Shown: piece after piece, positions 13,173 through 26,900 of the stretch
Layout of the letters: each line of letters opens with the position of its first letter
Position numbering within the stretch: the first letter of the stretch is position 1
Source: Sphagnum compactum
Lineage: Eukaryota
Assembly (NCBI GenBank): GCA_965153455.1
Contig: OZ234493.1
Location: 12,762,213-12,826,212, forward strand
Length of the DNA stretch: 64,000 bases
Reading direction: 5' to 3'
Notes under the pieces: generated by a model
Databases searched by the model: none
Told to the model about the DNA's origin: nothing
Seen by the model: the letters and a program-made list of their open reading frames with translations, nothing else
Program-made: the position numbers and the translations under genes

Positions 13173-15639
13173 AAGTAGAGCACCTCCACTCATATACTAA
13201 GGAAAATTTTCCACCAAATTGTGATGCATTTGTGACACTGAAAATTAAATAAGAGTGAATATTTTGATGCAAATTCCTCTTTTCAAAATAGAAATTCACA
13301 CACAAAATTCCCCAACTAAAAAAATAAAATAGTTATGAATTTTTTTGCCCAAAAATAGTTGAATTTTTATGATTTTGTGTATATTTATTGAGTTGGATTT
13401 TAAAATTCCAACATAATCCATGACTTGTGGTCACATTTTTGTGGGTGTTGGTTTGACTTTTGGATTCACACTATTTTGATTAGATGTCAATTAAAGATTG
13501 AGGAATTTGTGTTGGGATGCTCAACATTGTGACTACATTGCAAAAGTGGAAAACAAAAACACTCGGATTCAAACCTAACCTCCTATTTGGACCTCTAGTA
13601 ATATTCATATATTCATGAAGTGAAAAATATATTTTTACTTAGCTACTTTGGGACTTGAGTTAAGAAAACATTAGGTGTAAACAAAAGTTAATCAACAACA
13701 TATGTCATATGTGCTTGAAAACTAGATTTTGTATTTCAAAAGAAGATGCCAAATTTTAATATATAAGCTCATCCATAAAGGGAGTGAGTATTGTAAAATA
13801 TTTATCAATAGGTGGCATAATCTTATAAGTATAAAGTTAATGAATGATAAATATTTATTAAACCTAGATGAAAGGAGTGGATGAATCAATTTTAATTTTT
13901 TCTAGAGAGTATTTTAAGGGCTTACAATTCATTCATCAAGATTGTTCTTCTCATTCTTTCATGTTCATATTTTGATTTTTCTTTTTAAGACTTGTGTGTA
14001 TTGAAACTTATGTCATGATAATCCTAATTTGGTATTTTTATTGTGAAAACATTAATAAGGGGAAGGCTTATGTAGAAGACTTGGTGAATGATCCCCATTT
14101 AAGGCAAGGTTTCTAGAGTTTAAATATGTGTGATGAGATCGAATTTGAAGTGTGTGAATGATTCTTGGCCAACACATGAAAATTGGGTATCTTGCAAATT
14201 TGAGTGTTATGTGAAATTTTATTATTTTTTCTAAAAAAATGTTTATCTAGGATTGTAAGACAATTTTGGTTTGAAGGTTGAACTAATTTGTACATGACAA
14301 CAAGAAACTTTAATGTACTTCTTGAGCTTTTTTTCTTTATTGAATCCATTTTGCATTCAAATCATCTAATTGTATTAGATATAAGGTTTCATGAAAGTTT
14401 ATACCTAATACATTAGGGATACATTAGGTATATTATGGGGAACTATTCATAACTATGAAGGCATGTTTAATAACTAAAATTTTAACTCAATACCTAAAAA
14501 TGACAATAAATATGTCCAACCCATTTTCATGGATTTGGAAGTTCTTTCACAAGTTTAAAAATAGTCAATTTTCTAGATTTAATTGTCATTTAAGTGTGAT
14601 GGCAAAATTTGAATGGTGTGTAAAGACCCTTTTCATGTGATGCAAAGATTGCTAGTTGAAATATAACAACTTGATAAGTGATTTTCAACTTTACAATTGA
14701 TTTTCAACATTTATCTCACATTTCATTTCACATTGAAAAATGTTTTCATTTTAAAGAAAATGAATATCAAAAGGATGTAATCATGGTGATTCAACAATGT
14801 CATTTACAAAATAAAGATGTAAAAAACATTCTTAAAATTGCTATGCCTATTGTAACCTTATTTTGGGTGCACAATCAACTCCCAAGAGGGATAACAAAGT
14901 GTGATTCTCAATGTGAAAGAAGTTGGATGTTGTGATTTTAACACAAAGCTTAGACCAAAACTAAAGCACACCAAAAGAATTAAGTAAAGAGAATGTACTT
15001 AGAGTTCAATGCATTGAAGGATTACAAGGAGGAGAATCACAACTCATTTTAAAGTTTGGCCTATGGTGTGGTTTGTGAATGTGAATTGTGGTTCATTTGT
15101 GCACCATTTTGGTTCCAATTCAAACTAAACATATATATTTTTGGTTTGTATAGATTGATTTCACTTTGAGTTTAACATATTGAATTCATTCAAATCCCAT
15201 CTTAAAGATTGTGCATGCATATTTTGTCCCAATGCATAGATCTAAAGGGTGTGCCCAAAGCTTTCAAGTCTTTTACAAATCAAAAAGTTTATTTTGATAC
15301 CTTGTCCACCAAACCTTTGAAGACATGTCAATGCCAAACTCTATAATCAAAGGTAATATATTTGGTGCACATAACTTTTAAAACAATGCAAGTGCCAAAC
15401 ATGTAAATATTATTGGCATTCAAGACCTCCAGTTATAAATATGAACTTGTTATTAACAATATTGAACATCAACTGTTGTGGGCAATGGTGGAAGCCTTGC
15501 AATGACATGCATCAATACCTTATCAAACATATGAAAAATATCATGTCAGTTACCCAAGAAAAACTTGCCACCACCTTTTTTTATTGCTAATGTTTTAAAT
15601 GTAGTTTTAAACCCTTCCCAAAAAAACCCATAACAAAAT

Positions 15640-16310
15640 GATTTCTTCAAAGATCTTCAAAATCTTTGACATCAAGTACCAGCTTTGGATTTTAGAATGT
15701 GCATGCTTGCAAAAGAATGTGATTTAAATTGTGTCTTTGAATTATAGGCTACACTTCATGAAATTCTTTCACAAATGAAAAACTTGATCAACATAGTAGA
15801 AAAACTTTGAGAACTATGCAATCTTCTTAAATTATCAAGATGCATTTCAAACTATTACTTTTACTTTATGAATATATAAATATGTTCACATGTGTTTGCA
15901 TTTGTTATGAATTTTCTTGATTCTAAATGGGAACCCAAAAATATTAATATTAGTGAGCTTAGGTATCTAAATTACAACCTTCACCACGACCTTGAAGTTA
16001 CTAAAACTCTTTTAGAAAAAATTTCAACCATATGTAAGATGTTTTGCTAATGATGAGATTGCAAAATTAATTAGTATAAGCTAAAAGCTTTAAAGTTAAT
16101 TGTATGACATGGAAGTTTAATGTTGATCCATTTATTATAGAGCTTATGCTTTAGACATGCAATGTCTAAAACTTGCTTGTGCATTACAAATTATGATAAA
16201 ATTTGTAAGCCCTTGTCAATTTATAATAAGCAAATTCAAGCTATGATTCAAAGTTGTATAACATGGAAAATAAAAATTTGACAAAGGTATTTATGAATTT
16301 TTGAAAGCTT
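15640..16310 (+). pseudogene. Highly decayed hAT-like transposase relic
   Basis: Fragments FAFVMNFLDSKWEPKNINI, CFRHAMSKTC (CxxH-like) and SCITW are colinear with the better-preserved relic at 29.4-30.4 kb; many stops and indels. Confidence 0.5.
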
Positions 16311-18494
16311 TGTGAACATTTTATAATGTTGCACTTACATATGTGGTTCAATCATTTCTCATGATTTTGTTAAGAATTATCATAACAAAAAAGTTCAAAT
16401 TATGCAATGAGATGCTTGCTAATACAATATTTTGCTTTTTTTTTCATGCGCTTAATTTGTGTTGCATGATAATACAATTGAAAAACTAATGTTTAAAGAG
16501 ATTTAATCTCTTTACATATTTTCAAATACGTAATGTGAGATTCGATAAACGAAAAAACATCTATATTATAAACACCTTCATTATTGGGTGTCACAAATGG
16601 ATTATTTCATAGAAAAATATTAGTGAAGATATAATTGGAAATTTCAAATCAAACATGAAATTTGAAATTTCATGTTGAATCAATGAAAAGTGAGTTGTGA
16701 CATTTCTTTTTGAGAAGAATTGGGTTTCTAAAAACTTTGGTTAGGTTAAGTTTTAGGGTTTACCTCACCCCCTTGTGATCAAGACTTGTTTTTCTTAGGG
16801 TTTTGGGTATTAAGGAAACATGTAAAAAATCTTAAAATGTTCATTTATTTGAAATTTTTAATGAATTCTAATTTTGAAATGAATGAATTTTACACGATTT
16901 TCATTATCAAAATTGTGAGATGGTAAGTTTGTGACAAGTTATTTTGAACAATCATCCAAAAAATTCATCCTATGGTTGGATCTCAAATAAAATTCTAATC
17001 TTGAAATGATGACGAATGAATTTGGACAAACCTTTAAAAAAAAAATCATCCATCCTAAAAATCAATTATTCGAAACCTTTAAAAAAAATTCTAATCTTGA
17101 AGTGAATGACAAATTATTCAAAAAATCCCATTTCCAAAAGAATCATCCAAAAAGTACACTATTTTGATTGAGCCTTTGATAAGTTCTAATCTTTTAATTA
17201 GACAACCCGTTGCAACGAATCATCCAAAAATCATCCAAAGATCCCCACGAATGAACCCTTTTTTTTTAAAACGAATAATTTCTTGTTTTTTCTTGTCAAT
17301 TGATTCGACTCCAAAAACGGACTCAATTTATTAATGCCAAAAACAAATACTCCCAAACAATACAAAAAAAGTGAAATACATACATACGGTTTTGAATACA
17401 AAGTATTTATACCCTTGACTTGACTCATGGTAGGTATATATATATATACGCAGGAGGTGTGGAGCTTGGTGAGGAATATTCCCAAATACGTAACCCAACA
17501 TAAAAATACCTATGTACGTATTTGATACCACAATGTACGTATTTATACCCATTGACTTCTTCACTCGTGGTTGGGAATTTCGATTTTTTAAAAATGAAAA
17601 AAAAATCACTAATAAAATTTGACACCGAAAAAGAAAATTGATAGTTTTTTTCTTAAATTTTCTGCCAAAATATAGATTAAAAAAATGAAATAAAAAAAAT
17701 CACTAATAACTTAGGGTATAACACAAAATAGAAGTGAATACAGTTTAGAAATACAGAATACGGATTAGAAGTACTGAATACGGTTATACATACATAATAC
17801 TACTACGGATACCCTTGACTCGTCGTAGCTATACGGAACTACGGATTGTGTGGAGCTTGGTTTTACGTGCTTGTTGTTTTTGCTCTTTTGTCGCTTGTTT
17901 GCTTTGTTGCTGCTCTTCTGCCGCTGCTGCTGCTGCTGCTCTGCCGCTTTTTTGCTCTTGCTCTTGTTGTTGTTGTTGTCGTTTTTGTCGTATCCAGCAG
18001 CTTGTCCTTCGTTACTTTGAGTGAGCCGTAGTTGCGAAGAATTAGGTTTTGTAATCTGCTTGTGTGCTGGTTTTTCCCTCTGTTGTCTCTGGATGCCGAC
18101 ATGCGAGGTTCTGGTGTTTCTTTGAGGATTCAACGGAGAACAGGGCACCAGTAGCAGGCAGGAGTAGGAGCAAGAGCAAGTGCAGGAGCAGGAGCAGGAG
18201 AATGAGCACTAGGAGTAGCCATGATGATCATCGCTTTTGCGCATTCTAGTCACCATTGTTTGTAGCAATGGTGTACCATTGCCGATATTGAAGATGATGA
18301 TGATGCCATGAGAGAGTGAGAGAGTGAGAGAGTGAGAGGCTCGTCAGAGGTGATTTGTAAAAAGCCGAGATCAGGATCAGATTTGGAGTTTCCGGAAGTC
18401 CAGACAAGTAAGTACACTGTCTTGCTGTGTTGAGGACGAGTAGGAGGAGGAGGAGACTAGGACTATGTTGGAGGTTTATTGAAGAAGCAAGGGA

Positions 18495-21400
18495 ATGGAG
18501 AGAGCTGTGCCAGACTGCTCTTATCCGGGTTGCTTCTTTTGTGTGATGAAAAAAACTAATCCGGTGAAACGGCGTGCAAGCATTGCCAAGTTCTTCAAGG
18601 ATCTACCAGGACAAAACGAAGATGGACAGGTATCTATTCTCCATTTCCACAGGGAGCGTCAGAGAGAGAGAGAGAGAGAAACTGAGTGTGTGGTGATTCA
18701 TTGCAGGGAGGGGCAAGGCAAATTGATGAGGATTTTTGGTTTTGTTTTTGTGTTAAGAAAAAAAGTGTTGTGTATTATTATCAGAATGAAGAGAGAGCAA
18801 AAAATCTTCTTTTGGAGATTTGTGAGAATGTGTGTACTACTGTAATACGGGGCTTTCATTCTTCTTGCTGATTGATCAACAAAATTCAGTTTTTTTTAAA
18901 AAAAAAAGGGAAAGTAAATGCAGGTGCTGGCTATTAGTGGGCTTTGGAATACGGCAATGGCATATCCGAATGATCCAGAATTTGTGGAACTCGGTGTATT
19001 CGAATGCATGGCACAGCTCATTTGGAAGGGAATACAGAACCGGCAGTGGCTGGCACAAGACCAAAATATCTACATACCCTACTATGCAGCTCACATAATT
19101 GGATCCTACACCATGAACAGGGAAGAGTTTGCGGAGGAGGCTGTTAGGGCAGGTAATATTTCGCAGATAGAAAGAAAAGAAAGTTAGTATTCTGGGTTTT
19201 CTTCTGGTTTTTGCATGTGATCATTTCTTCTTCTTGTCTGCTGACATGATGCTTTTGTGTTGCATCTGTGTATTGCTGAAGAAAGGTTGTTTGTGTATCC
19301 AGGTGTTATACCTCCACTAATGGAGCTTCTGAGGGGAGAGTCAACATGGGTGGAGCAGCGAGTTGCAGTACGAGCACTTGGACACCTTGCCACTTATGAT
19401 AGTACCTTCCCTGCAGTGGCAGCCTATAGAGACATTCTGGAGCTTGCAATCCAACTGGCCATTGAAGCTGTGGAGATAGTATACACCCACTTCTTGCAGT
19501 TTGTAGACAAGCGAATGAGTTACCATTGTGACCTGTTGACGCGAGGAATGGGGGGACTAGAGATGGAGTCCCGGAAGGCAGAGGAGTGGGCCAGTCAGCT
19601 GCAATGCTGGTCACTGCAACTGGTCAATTGTTTTGCTTTCAAGGAAGAGTTCCTCCCCACAATTTGTCAGGCAGATTTCTTGGAGCAACTTCCATGCATG
19701 TGGGGAGGACTTGTGAATGAAAGTTCACCTGCAGGGTTGGGGGTTCTGCGCACCATCTGTTACCAGAGGCTAGGGAGGCCGCCAGTTGCAGAGTCTCCAT
19801 GCATCATTGATGCCTTGTGCAACATTGCACGCTCCTCTGATGACTGGCAGTACATGGCTGTGGATTGTTTGATGTGGCTATTACAAGATTCAAATACTCG
19901 ACTCAAGGTTAAGAGACTCTTCCTTTCTCTCTCTACATTATGCACAGCACTACCTTCATGTCATTTGATGAACTAATAGACATATGACACCCATGCAAAG
20001 TCTTAGGTTTTGAAATAACTGGGTGATGTGCTCCCTCAAAACTATGTCCACACAGGCTGAAAGCAACCCAGTTTCTAACCCCTAACCACTTGTGATTGCT
20101 AAGACAATCCAAGATATAAACAAGGTAAGGATTTAAAAGCAGCAGGGGTTCTTAGCATTGTCAATGGACTCACTAAGCATGGTGAACATCCCATGGGTGA
20201 CTCCTTTTGCCTGTTTCCTTCAAGTTGAGCAGCTCTTGCTTAACCATAGGGCTGGTGTTGTACTTCTGATTGCACACAGCAATTGAGACATGGCAATTCA
20301 TGCTTGTGTCAACAGTTCTCTAGAGGAAAAATGGAATGGATTTTTGTATCCAGTTAAGATCTTCACTGGTGGAGTTATCCCCTATTTTAGAGAGGTGACC
20401 ACCATTGTGTTGCTCTTGCACCCTGGTGCTGCTCTTTTTTACTTAGGTTTCCGTGATCCAAAGAGGGCTTGGGATCTGAGGTGCTGTTTCTACAATTGTA
20501 GGAGTATAGTCTAACCCCTCTAAGGATATGTCATGCAATACATGAAGTGCAGTGTATTCATGCTCTAATGAAGGCAGTCTGAGAAGTAGGTGATTGTCAT
20601 GAAATCTCTCTAGTCTTTTGTGGTTCTATAACTTGAACTATGCTGGTTCTGGTGCCTTCAGCTGTTCCTTTCTCCTCCCCTTCACTGATTTCTCAGCTGA
20701 TTGTTGATTCTGCAGTACATGATGTCAAGCCAATTGTTGATTTTGTTGAAAAGGTAATGCCCTATGCTATGTTACTAACAGCAACATATTGTTCATCAGG
20801 TGTTAGACAAAGCTACAGTGGCGTTGGTAGATCTGGTGGAGCTGCCAAGCTTAGGAGAACACAAGCAGCTAAGTGAAGTCTTGACTAGTGTGCTATTGGA
20901 AGATTACAGGCCACATTCATCCCCACCCAATACAAAAGACCCGTATTTCAGAACGCATAAGCTATTGGACAGCTTTTCTGCACTACAAACAAAATCAAAG
21001 TGGGAAAAAACAGCGCCTAAGGAGGATCTCCAATTAAAGCAAGCAGCAGCACTGGTTGTAAAACTGGAAGGGAATGCTCGTTTTTCTTCAGGAGACATAA
21101 GTGGTGCTGCAGCCAAGTACACTGAAGCTCTGACACTTTGCCCAGTGAAAGCAAAGAAGGAGAGGTTGGTGCTGTATAGCAATCGAGCACAATGCCACTT
21201 GTTACTACGTAATCCAGAAGGAGCCATCAGTGATGCGACACGGGCTCTATGTCTTCATAATCCTGTCAATCGTCATGGCAGAAGTTTGTGGAGAAGGGCA
21301 CAGGTACATTTCTGCCAGGGATCTCCCCAGGTGGCTGAACACAAATCTTTCATGCTTGTTTGATGTTTCTCTTCCAGGAGGGACCCTCTACATTGACAAA

Positions 21401-21990
21401 TCCTTTCACCCATGCCCTCTTACATTCACCACTGCATAGACACCATGCTGGATTGTGTTGCTAATCAAAATTTTGTGTTTTGGGTGCAGGCATATGAAAT
21501 GTTGGGGCTCTACAAGGAAAGCCTGCTGGATGCTATCATGTTTATAAACGAGTGCTCCCAAGCACCTGTGAATGAGACAGACCTAAAGCAGGGAAATAGG
21601 GTTCCTGAGTATGTGGAGCGCCTAGTTATAAAGCAAATGCAAGCAGCTTGGTTATTCAAAGATGCTGCACTAAAGCATGGGGGTATTCACTATACCAGAA
21701 ATCAAGATCTGGACTCAGATTCAAAGGAGGAAAGGGAGGAACATGATGAGTTCAATGATGAAGAGGAAGATGAAGAGGGGAGAGAAGAGGAGGAGGAGGA
21801 GGAGGAAGAGGAGGAGGAAGAGGAGGAGGATGGTTCAGAATGGGAAACTGCTAGTGAGAGTGATGAGGTGCAAGATCAGGCTTTCTCCCAGAATCAAGAC
21901 CCAAATTGGTCACACAAGAGTGAGAAAAAGGCAGGTTCAAGTTCCTCTGTTTTCAAAGGCTCTACACTACGGGATCTTCTCAGTCCTTAG
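18495..21990 (+). CDS. ARM-repeat / tetratricopeptide-repeat (TPR) protein, plant family resembling At5g10200. Exons 18495-18629, 18924-19152, 19303-19907, 20800-21303, 21490-21990; 3' end uncertain, a further exon near 22066-22319 is possible
   Basis: N-terminal CSYPGCFFCVMK; ARM-like GVIPPLMELLRG..WVEQRVAVRALGHLA; TPR KLEGNARF...AAAKYTEAL..C / LYSNRAQCHLLL..PEGAISDATRAL; acidic tail with SEWETASESD. Introns are phase-compatible GT-AG. Confidence 0.9.
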
Positions 21991-23681
21991 TGTGAGAACA
22001 TCTGGTGATTTCACCTCCTGTTGTCTATCCTTCTACTTTGCCATAGGATTTTTCTTACCAACCAGATTTGCTGGAGCCCTTTGTCCTGCACACAAGGGTT
22101 CCAATAAGCAAGGAAACTCTTTTGCAAAAGAGTTTCCGGTCCAGGAGTGAAGAAAAGCTTGTACTCTTATCAAAGAGTACAAACCTGTGGGGGCTTTTCT
22201 CAACACTGAAAGCATCAGAACCAAATCCGGTGGTTGGAGGGTTGAAGTGGGCTCTGTTCCCTTTACTAACACAATTCTCACAGCCAGAGGACATTATTGT
22301 TACTGGTAATATTTCCTGAAAGCTTCCATTGGTACACAAATCCCAAGAATGGGTACATGCGCTAGTTGTCAGATGAGCAACTTGACAGATGATCTTCTGC
22401 TGTCATTTGTTGGATGGTAGGTTTTTGATCACTGCCCCTAACTTACAGCTTACCATCTCATTGCCTTTTGTGATGGGTGGGTATTCAAAGCACTGAATGA
22501 TATGTGGTCAGACCACTCTACAGTGCATGCTTGTGTTGAATTCTCATGGTGCAGGGAGCACCGAGGGCTCTTCATATTATTGGTCTTGTGACAATTATCT
22601 GGTGATGTTGTTGGTTTTAACTTTGTCTTTGCACTTCACATCATCCTACTTGGTCATGGGACTGATCAGAGTGAGGCTTTTGGCTTCTTCAGGCTTTTGA
22701 AATTTCTTCAGGTTGCTGGATTGTTAGCAGAGATTGAAGGTGAGGAGGGTGCATGCTGTTGTGAAGGAAGTGTAGAGTATGAGAGTGTGTACGGAGGGGT
22801 ATATCCTCTGTACACAAGAAATAGTTGGAGACTGACTCTGGTGCAGGGTTGGTGCATCATAGCAATGGAATTGATGTGCCACATGCACTGATTGTTATAT
22901 GTGTAGAAGAAACTATTGCATGCTATGGTTGAGATCAAACTTTTTTGGTTCAAGATTCTTGTCTCTGGAGAAATGCGATCGAGCATAGTCCACCATTGTT
23001 TTTGTTGCAACACCATTCAATGTTGCTGCCATTTCAACAGCAGTTTGCCCCAGTTTCTTCATGGATACATTGATCAACTCTTTGATGCAGCAGTTTCTTT
23101 GACAAAGAGCTCTTAGAAGTTTGCTATATATGATGCATGGTGCAACATCTCCTTGATATATTCAAAGAGACCGTTCCCAAAATCTTCTTGACAAAGTGCT
23201 GAAGTAGATGCAATTGATTTGTTGGATTCAAGAATATAGAGCAGCAAGCAGCTGAGTGCTGAACGATTTGATCAGGAGCAAAGTACTGTTTCTGAATTGT
23301 GTTGTGAGGGATGGGAGCCTTTGTCGGGCTGCAATAGTTTTAAGTGCAGATGGCAAGCAGCTCCTATTGTTAGGTACCTATTTGTGATCTTTGTTGTGAT
23401 CATTGGGAAAGGTCAACATGCATGTGCCTGGTGTTGGCCATGGTGCCGGAGGAATCTCATTTTCCAGACTTGGAGGTGTATGTGGCATGGTGACTTATTT
23501 GTGTAATATGTGCCATAACATAATGTCAAGTTGGAATTTTAATGTAATATATGCCACAATAAACATCACATATTGTACATTGTAGTGGATGAACCCAAAA
23601 GGTTTATCTCACCTGTGTCATGAGCTGTGACCTTTGGTGTGAGAAAAACCACATTCTCTTGTAGTGTTGAAAGGGGATTTG

Positions 23682-23916
23682 GTTTCAGTGAGGAAAAAGT
23701 GTAAGAAGGCTAAGCATTTGGATGATGATGATGACAATTGGGAGACTGCACAGAACAAAGCTTGAGGAGAAGAGGCAGTTGCAGCAGCATCATGAAGAGT
23801 TTCAGTGAGGGAAAAGTGTAAGAAGGCCAAGCAATTTGGATGATGATGATGACAATTTGGAGACTGCATAGAACGAAGCTTGAGGAGAAGATGCAGTTGC
23901 AGCAGCATCATGAAGA
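23682..23916 (+). repeat. Direct duplication of ~117 bp inside a decayed coding-like segment
   Basis: tttcagtgagg.aaaagtgtaagaaggc.aagca.ttggatgatgatgatgacaatt.ggagactgca...gcagcagcatcatgaaga occurs twice in tandem. Confidence 0.85.
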
Positions 23917-26900
23917 GGATGAACTGGCAATATCAAAGAAAAAAAGGGCTCAGAACAAGGCTGCAAAGGATGAAGAAGAGGATGAAGGAGAAGAAGTTGA
24001 GGTGTCTGCTATTATAGTGAAGAAGAGGACTTCCCTTCTTTGCATGCTCAATGGCCTGTTCTACAACTCCAGTAGGCCAAAAATAGAGAGGGTGGTGATG
24101 CAGATGATTCAGAAGATGCAACTGTCTCATTCACATGATGGATACCTGTGACATACCAGAATATCCTTACTAATTAGCAGGCTTTGCAGCATTAGTATCA
24201 CAAATTTCATGAATCTGCAGAGTGGAAATAGAGGATTTCCTGTGGAGAAAGCTACGAGAGTGAACATGTGATGCACCAAGCCGAGATGCATCACAGCAGT
24301 GATGCTGCAAGTGGAAGAGTTCCTGTACTGCAACCTAAGGCTAGATACAAATGGAAATCCCACTGTTGCTGATACTTGTGTGGTTGTTTCAGTGGGCTGC
24401 TTATGTGTGCAAAAAGGTTACACTTTCTCAACCAACTTCTTTGCCAATTCCTTATACTTTTGCATCTAGTCCTTGAGTGTTTAATCTAGAGTTTGGGGTC
24501 CACTGCAGGTAGAAGGTTTTGCATTTGGTTGTTACTGGGTGCGACTAAGGACTTGACAATCTGCACTCTGGGTTGCAGCATTGCAAACACAGATCAAGAG
24601 GGAGAGATGCTGTGAAATCACACTCTATTTAGTCTTAGACTCTACCCAACAGTCCCAGATGGATGTACTTGGAAAATGTATGACCTACGGAGATTTCTCT
24701 GTTTTCTTTTGGCAGGTTTTTTGCAAAGTGGAGGATGAAATTCAAGGCATGGAGCTGTGTCTTCTTCTTGGATGCTGGTGATATCTTATAAAAACCTTAA
24801 TCGTTTCAATGTAGGTTTTTCGCTTTCACCCACTTTTTCATTTAATGTAATGAAGACTTGGGGAGATGTTAAGGTTGTATTTTGTTTTGTTGGTTCAGAT
24901 TGGTGTCTTCTACTCAATGTGCATATGGTTTCAAGTAATCTCCTCTGTTTTGTTCTGTATCTATGCTGGTATCATGGGAATGCAGGTTTTTCTTTTCTGT
25001 GGGTTGCGTTGTCTGTTGAATGCTTGTGACCCGCTTTGAAAAAGGTTCAACTCTTTGTGTTGTGTATTTGTGTTGGATGTGGCAACTGGTCTAGGGTCAT
25101 TCCATACCCATGGTATCTTGTGTGGATTTACATAAGCTGAGCCCACTTTCACATCGCTGTGATGCTCTAACTTCATCCAAAATTTGACATACAGGCTTAA
25201 TGTTGTCAGTACAGGATTTTCATGTTTATGGGTAGGGATGTTCTTACACATATATGCTCACAATCATGTTAAAGCTAATTGAAGGAACAAAGACTTTCAA
25301 AATTGATACCAATTTCATGAACAAAAAAAAAAAACAAAGCAAAGTTCAACTAATGATCAATTTTGTAGGTGATGGATGCTCTATCCCAATTCCAATTCCT
25401 CATGATGCAAAGTCTTCTTTATTGATCTTGGCTTGGATGGAAATAAGAAACCAAATGTAAACTTCACCTTGATGGAGGATTTGAGATTCAACATGGGTTT
25501 AGGGTTTACAACAAGTCAAACATTGTTAAACCCTAAACTTAGGGATTAAACAACAAACTTAAACCCTAAGTTTAGGGTTTACAACAAGTCAAACATTGTT
25601 AAATACAAACTCCATCAATGACTTCATGAGTTTCATGCTAGAAGTGCATTCAAGATTCATTTTTTTCACCAAACCTTTGACATTATTATACTTGCACCCT
25701 TCATTCAACACAAGAGAATTTTAAAAACAATGGAAAGCAAAAGTAAGTTAAGGATTCCAAAAGTAGGAAATGTCCATTCCAACACAGCTCAAAAGTTAAA
25801 AGCTTTAAGCGGTGTTGGTTTGTTCTTTCTTTTTAACAAAACCTTCAATTCTTGTTTTGATGTTAATTTGTTTTGTTTGGCTTAAACAACACAGGATCAT
25901 GACAAAACTCCTTCTAATAAGACGAATTGCGAAATCTATGCAGATGTTTCAACACAAACCCCTCCTTATGTGCTTCCATACATGTCATCACAAAGTCATC
26001 CATCAAAAATCAAAACCCCACACAAAAAAATAAATTCCCAATTACCCTCCCCTTAAAAGATTGTTGACAAAATTAAATATTTTTGTAGCACTCAATTTTG
26101 AATTAGATTCATAGTTGTGAAACTTGAGGCATGCTAAAATTGAAGCTTTGAAGTTAGAAATATTCAAGTCATGCTATGATTGACAATAGTTGCATCGTTG
26201 TTAAACAATATGGAAAATTGTTAATAGAATAAATCATTAGTAGGGTAAAACATTTTGCTTTTTGACAAGTGAAAAATGGGTACTGACCACAAGACTTTAA
26301 CAAAAAGAAAGTTACAACGCAAAAAACAAGATTGCAAAACTTGAAGATGCTTACAAGTTTGTTACTAGCTTCAAACCTTTTCGAAGCTACATTTAAAGCT
26401 TATTAAATCTAATATGCTAGTTGGCAAACTCTTGAATTTTGTTCTATCAACTGCATTGGAATTTGGTCTCCAAACCTCTCCTCCTCATCAAGTTAACAGT
26501 TTAAGGTTTCATTTCGATAAACCTTCTAGCTTTTAACAAATACATTCAAAAATCAATTAGAAAATAAATAATGATCAAGTTCACCATAACATAACATTTG
26601 CAAATTCATGGTATGAGGAGGTCTACACTACCATAGATACATGATTGATGCACAATTTAGGGTTAAGGTTAAAAGTAGGAATTAGAGACTAGGAACTAAT
26701 TGGGTTTAGGACATGTAGATTAGTAAGGAATTATTTAGTGAATTAGCATTGAAGATGGCATCCAAAGCTTAAAATGCAAACTTAATATTGTCAAAAATTT
26801 AGGCACAAAAGAGACAACAAAAATAACGTGCAAATCACATCATTATCATTTATAATTATGACAAAACCTAAAACAATGTTTCATTAGGATCAAAGACTTT

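Noticed and set aside
17765-18249. Low-complexity ORFs on both strands upstream of the ARM/TPR gene
   Set aside because: Explained by (gct)n/(gtt)n microsatellites in a probable 5' leader.
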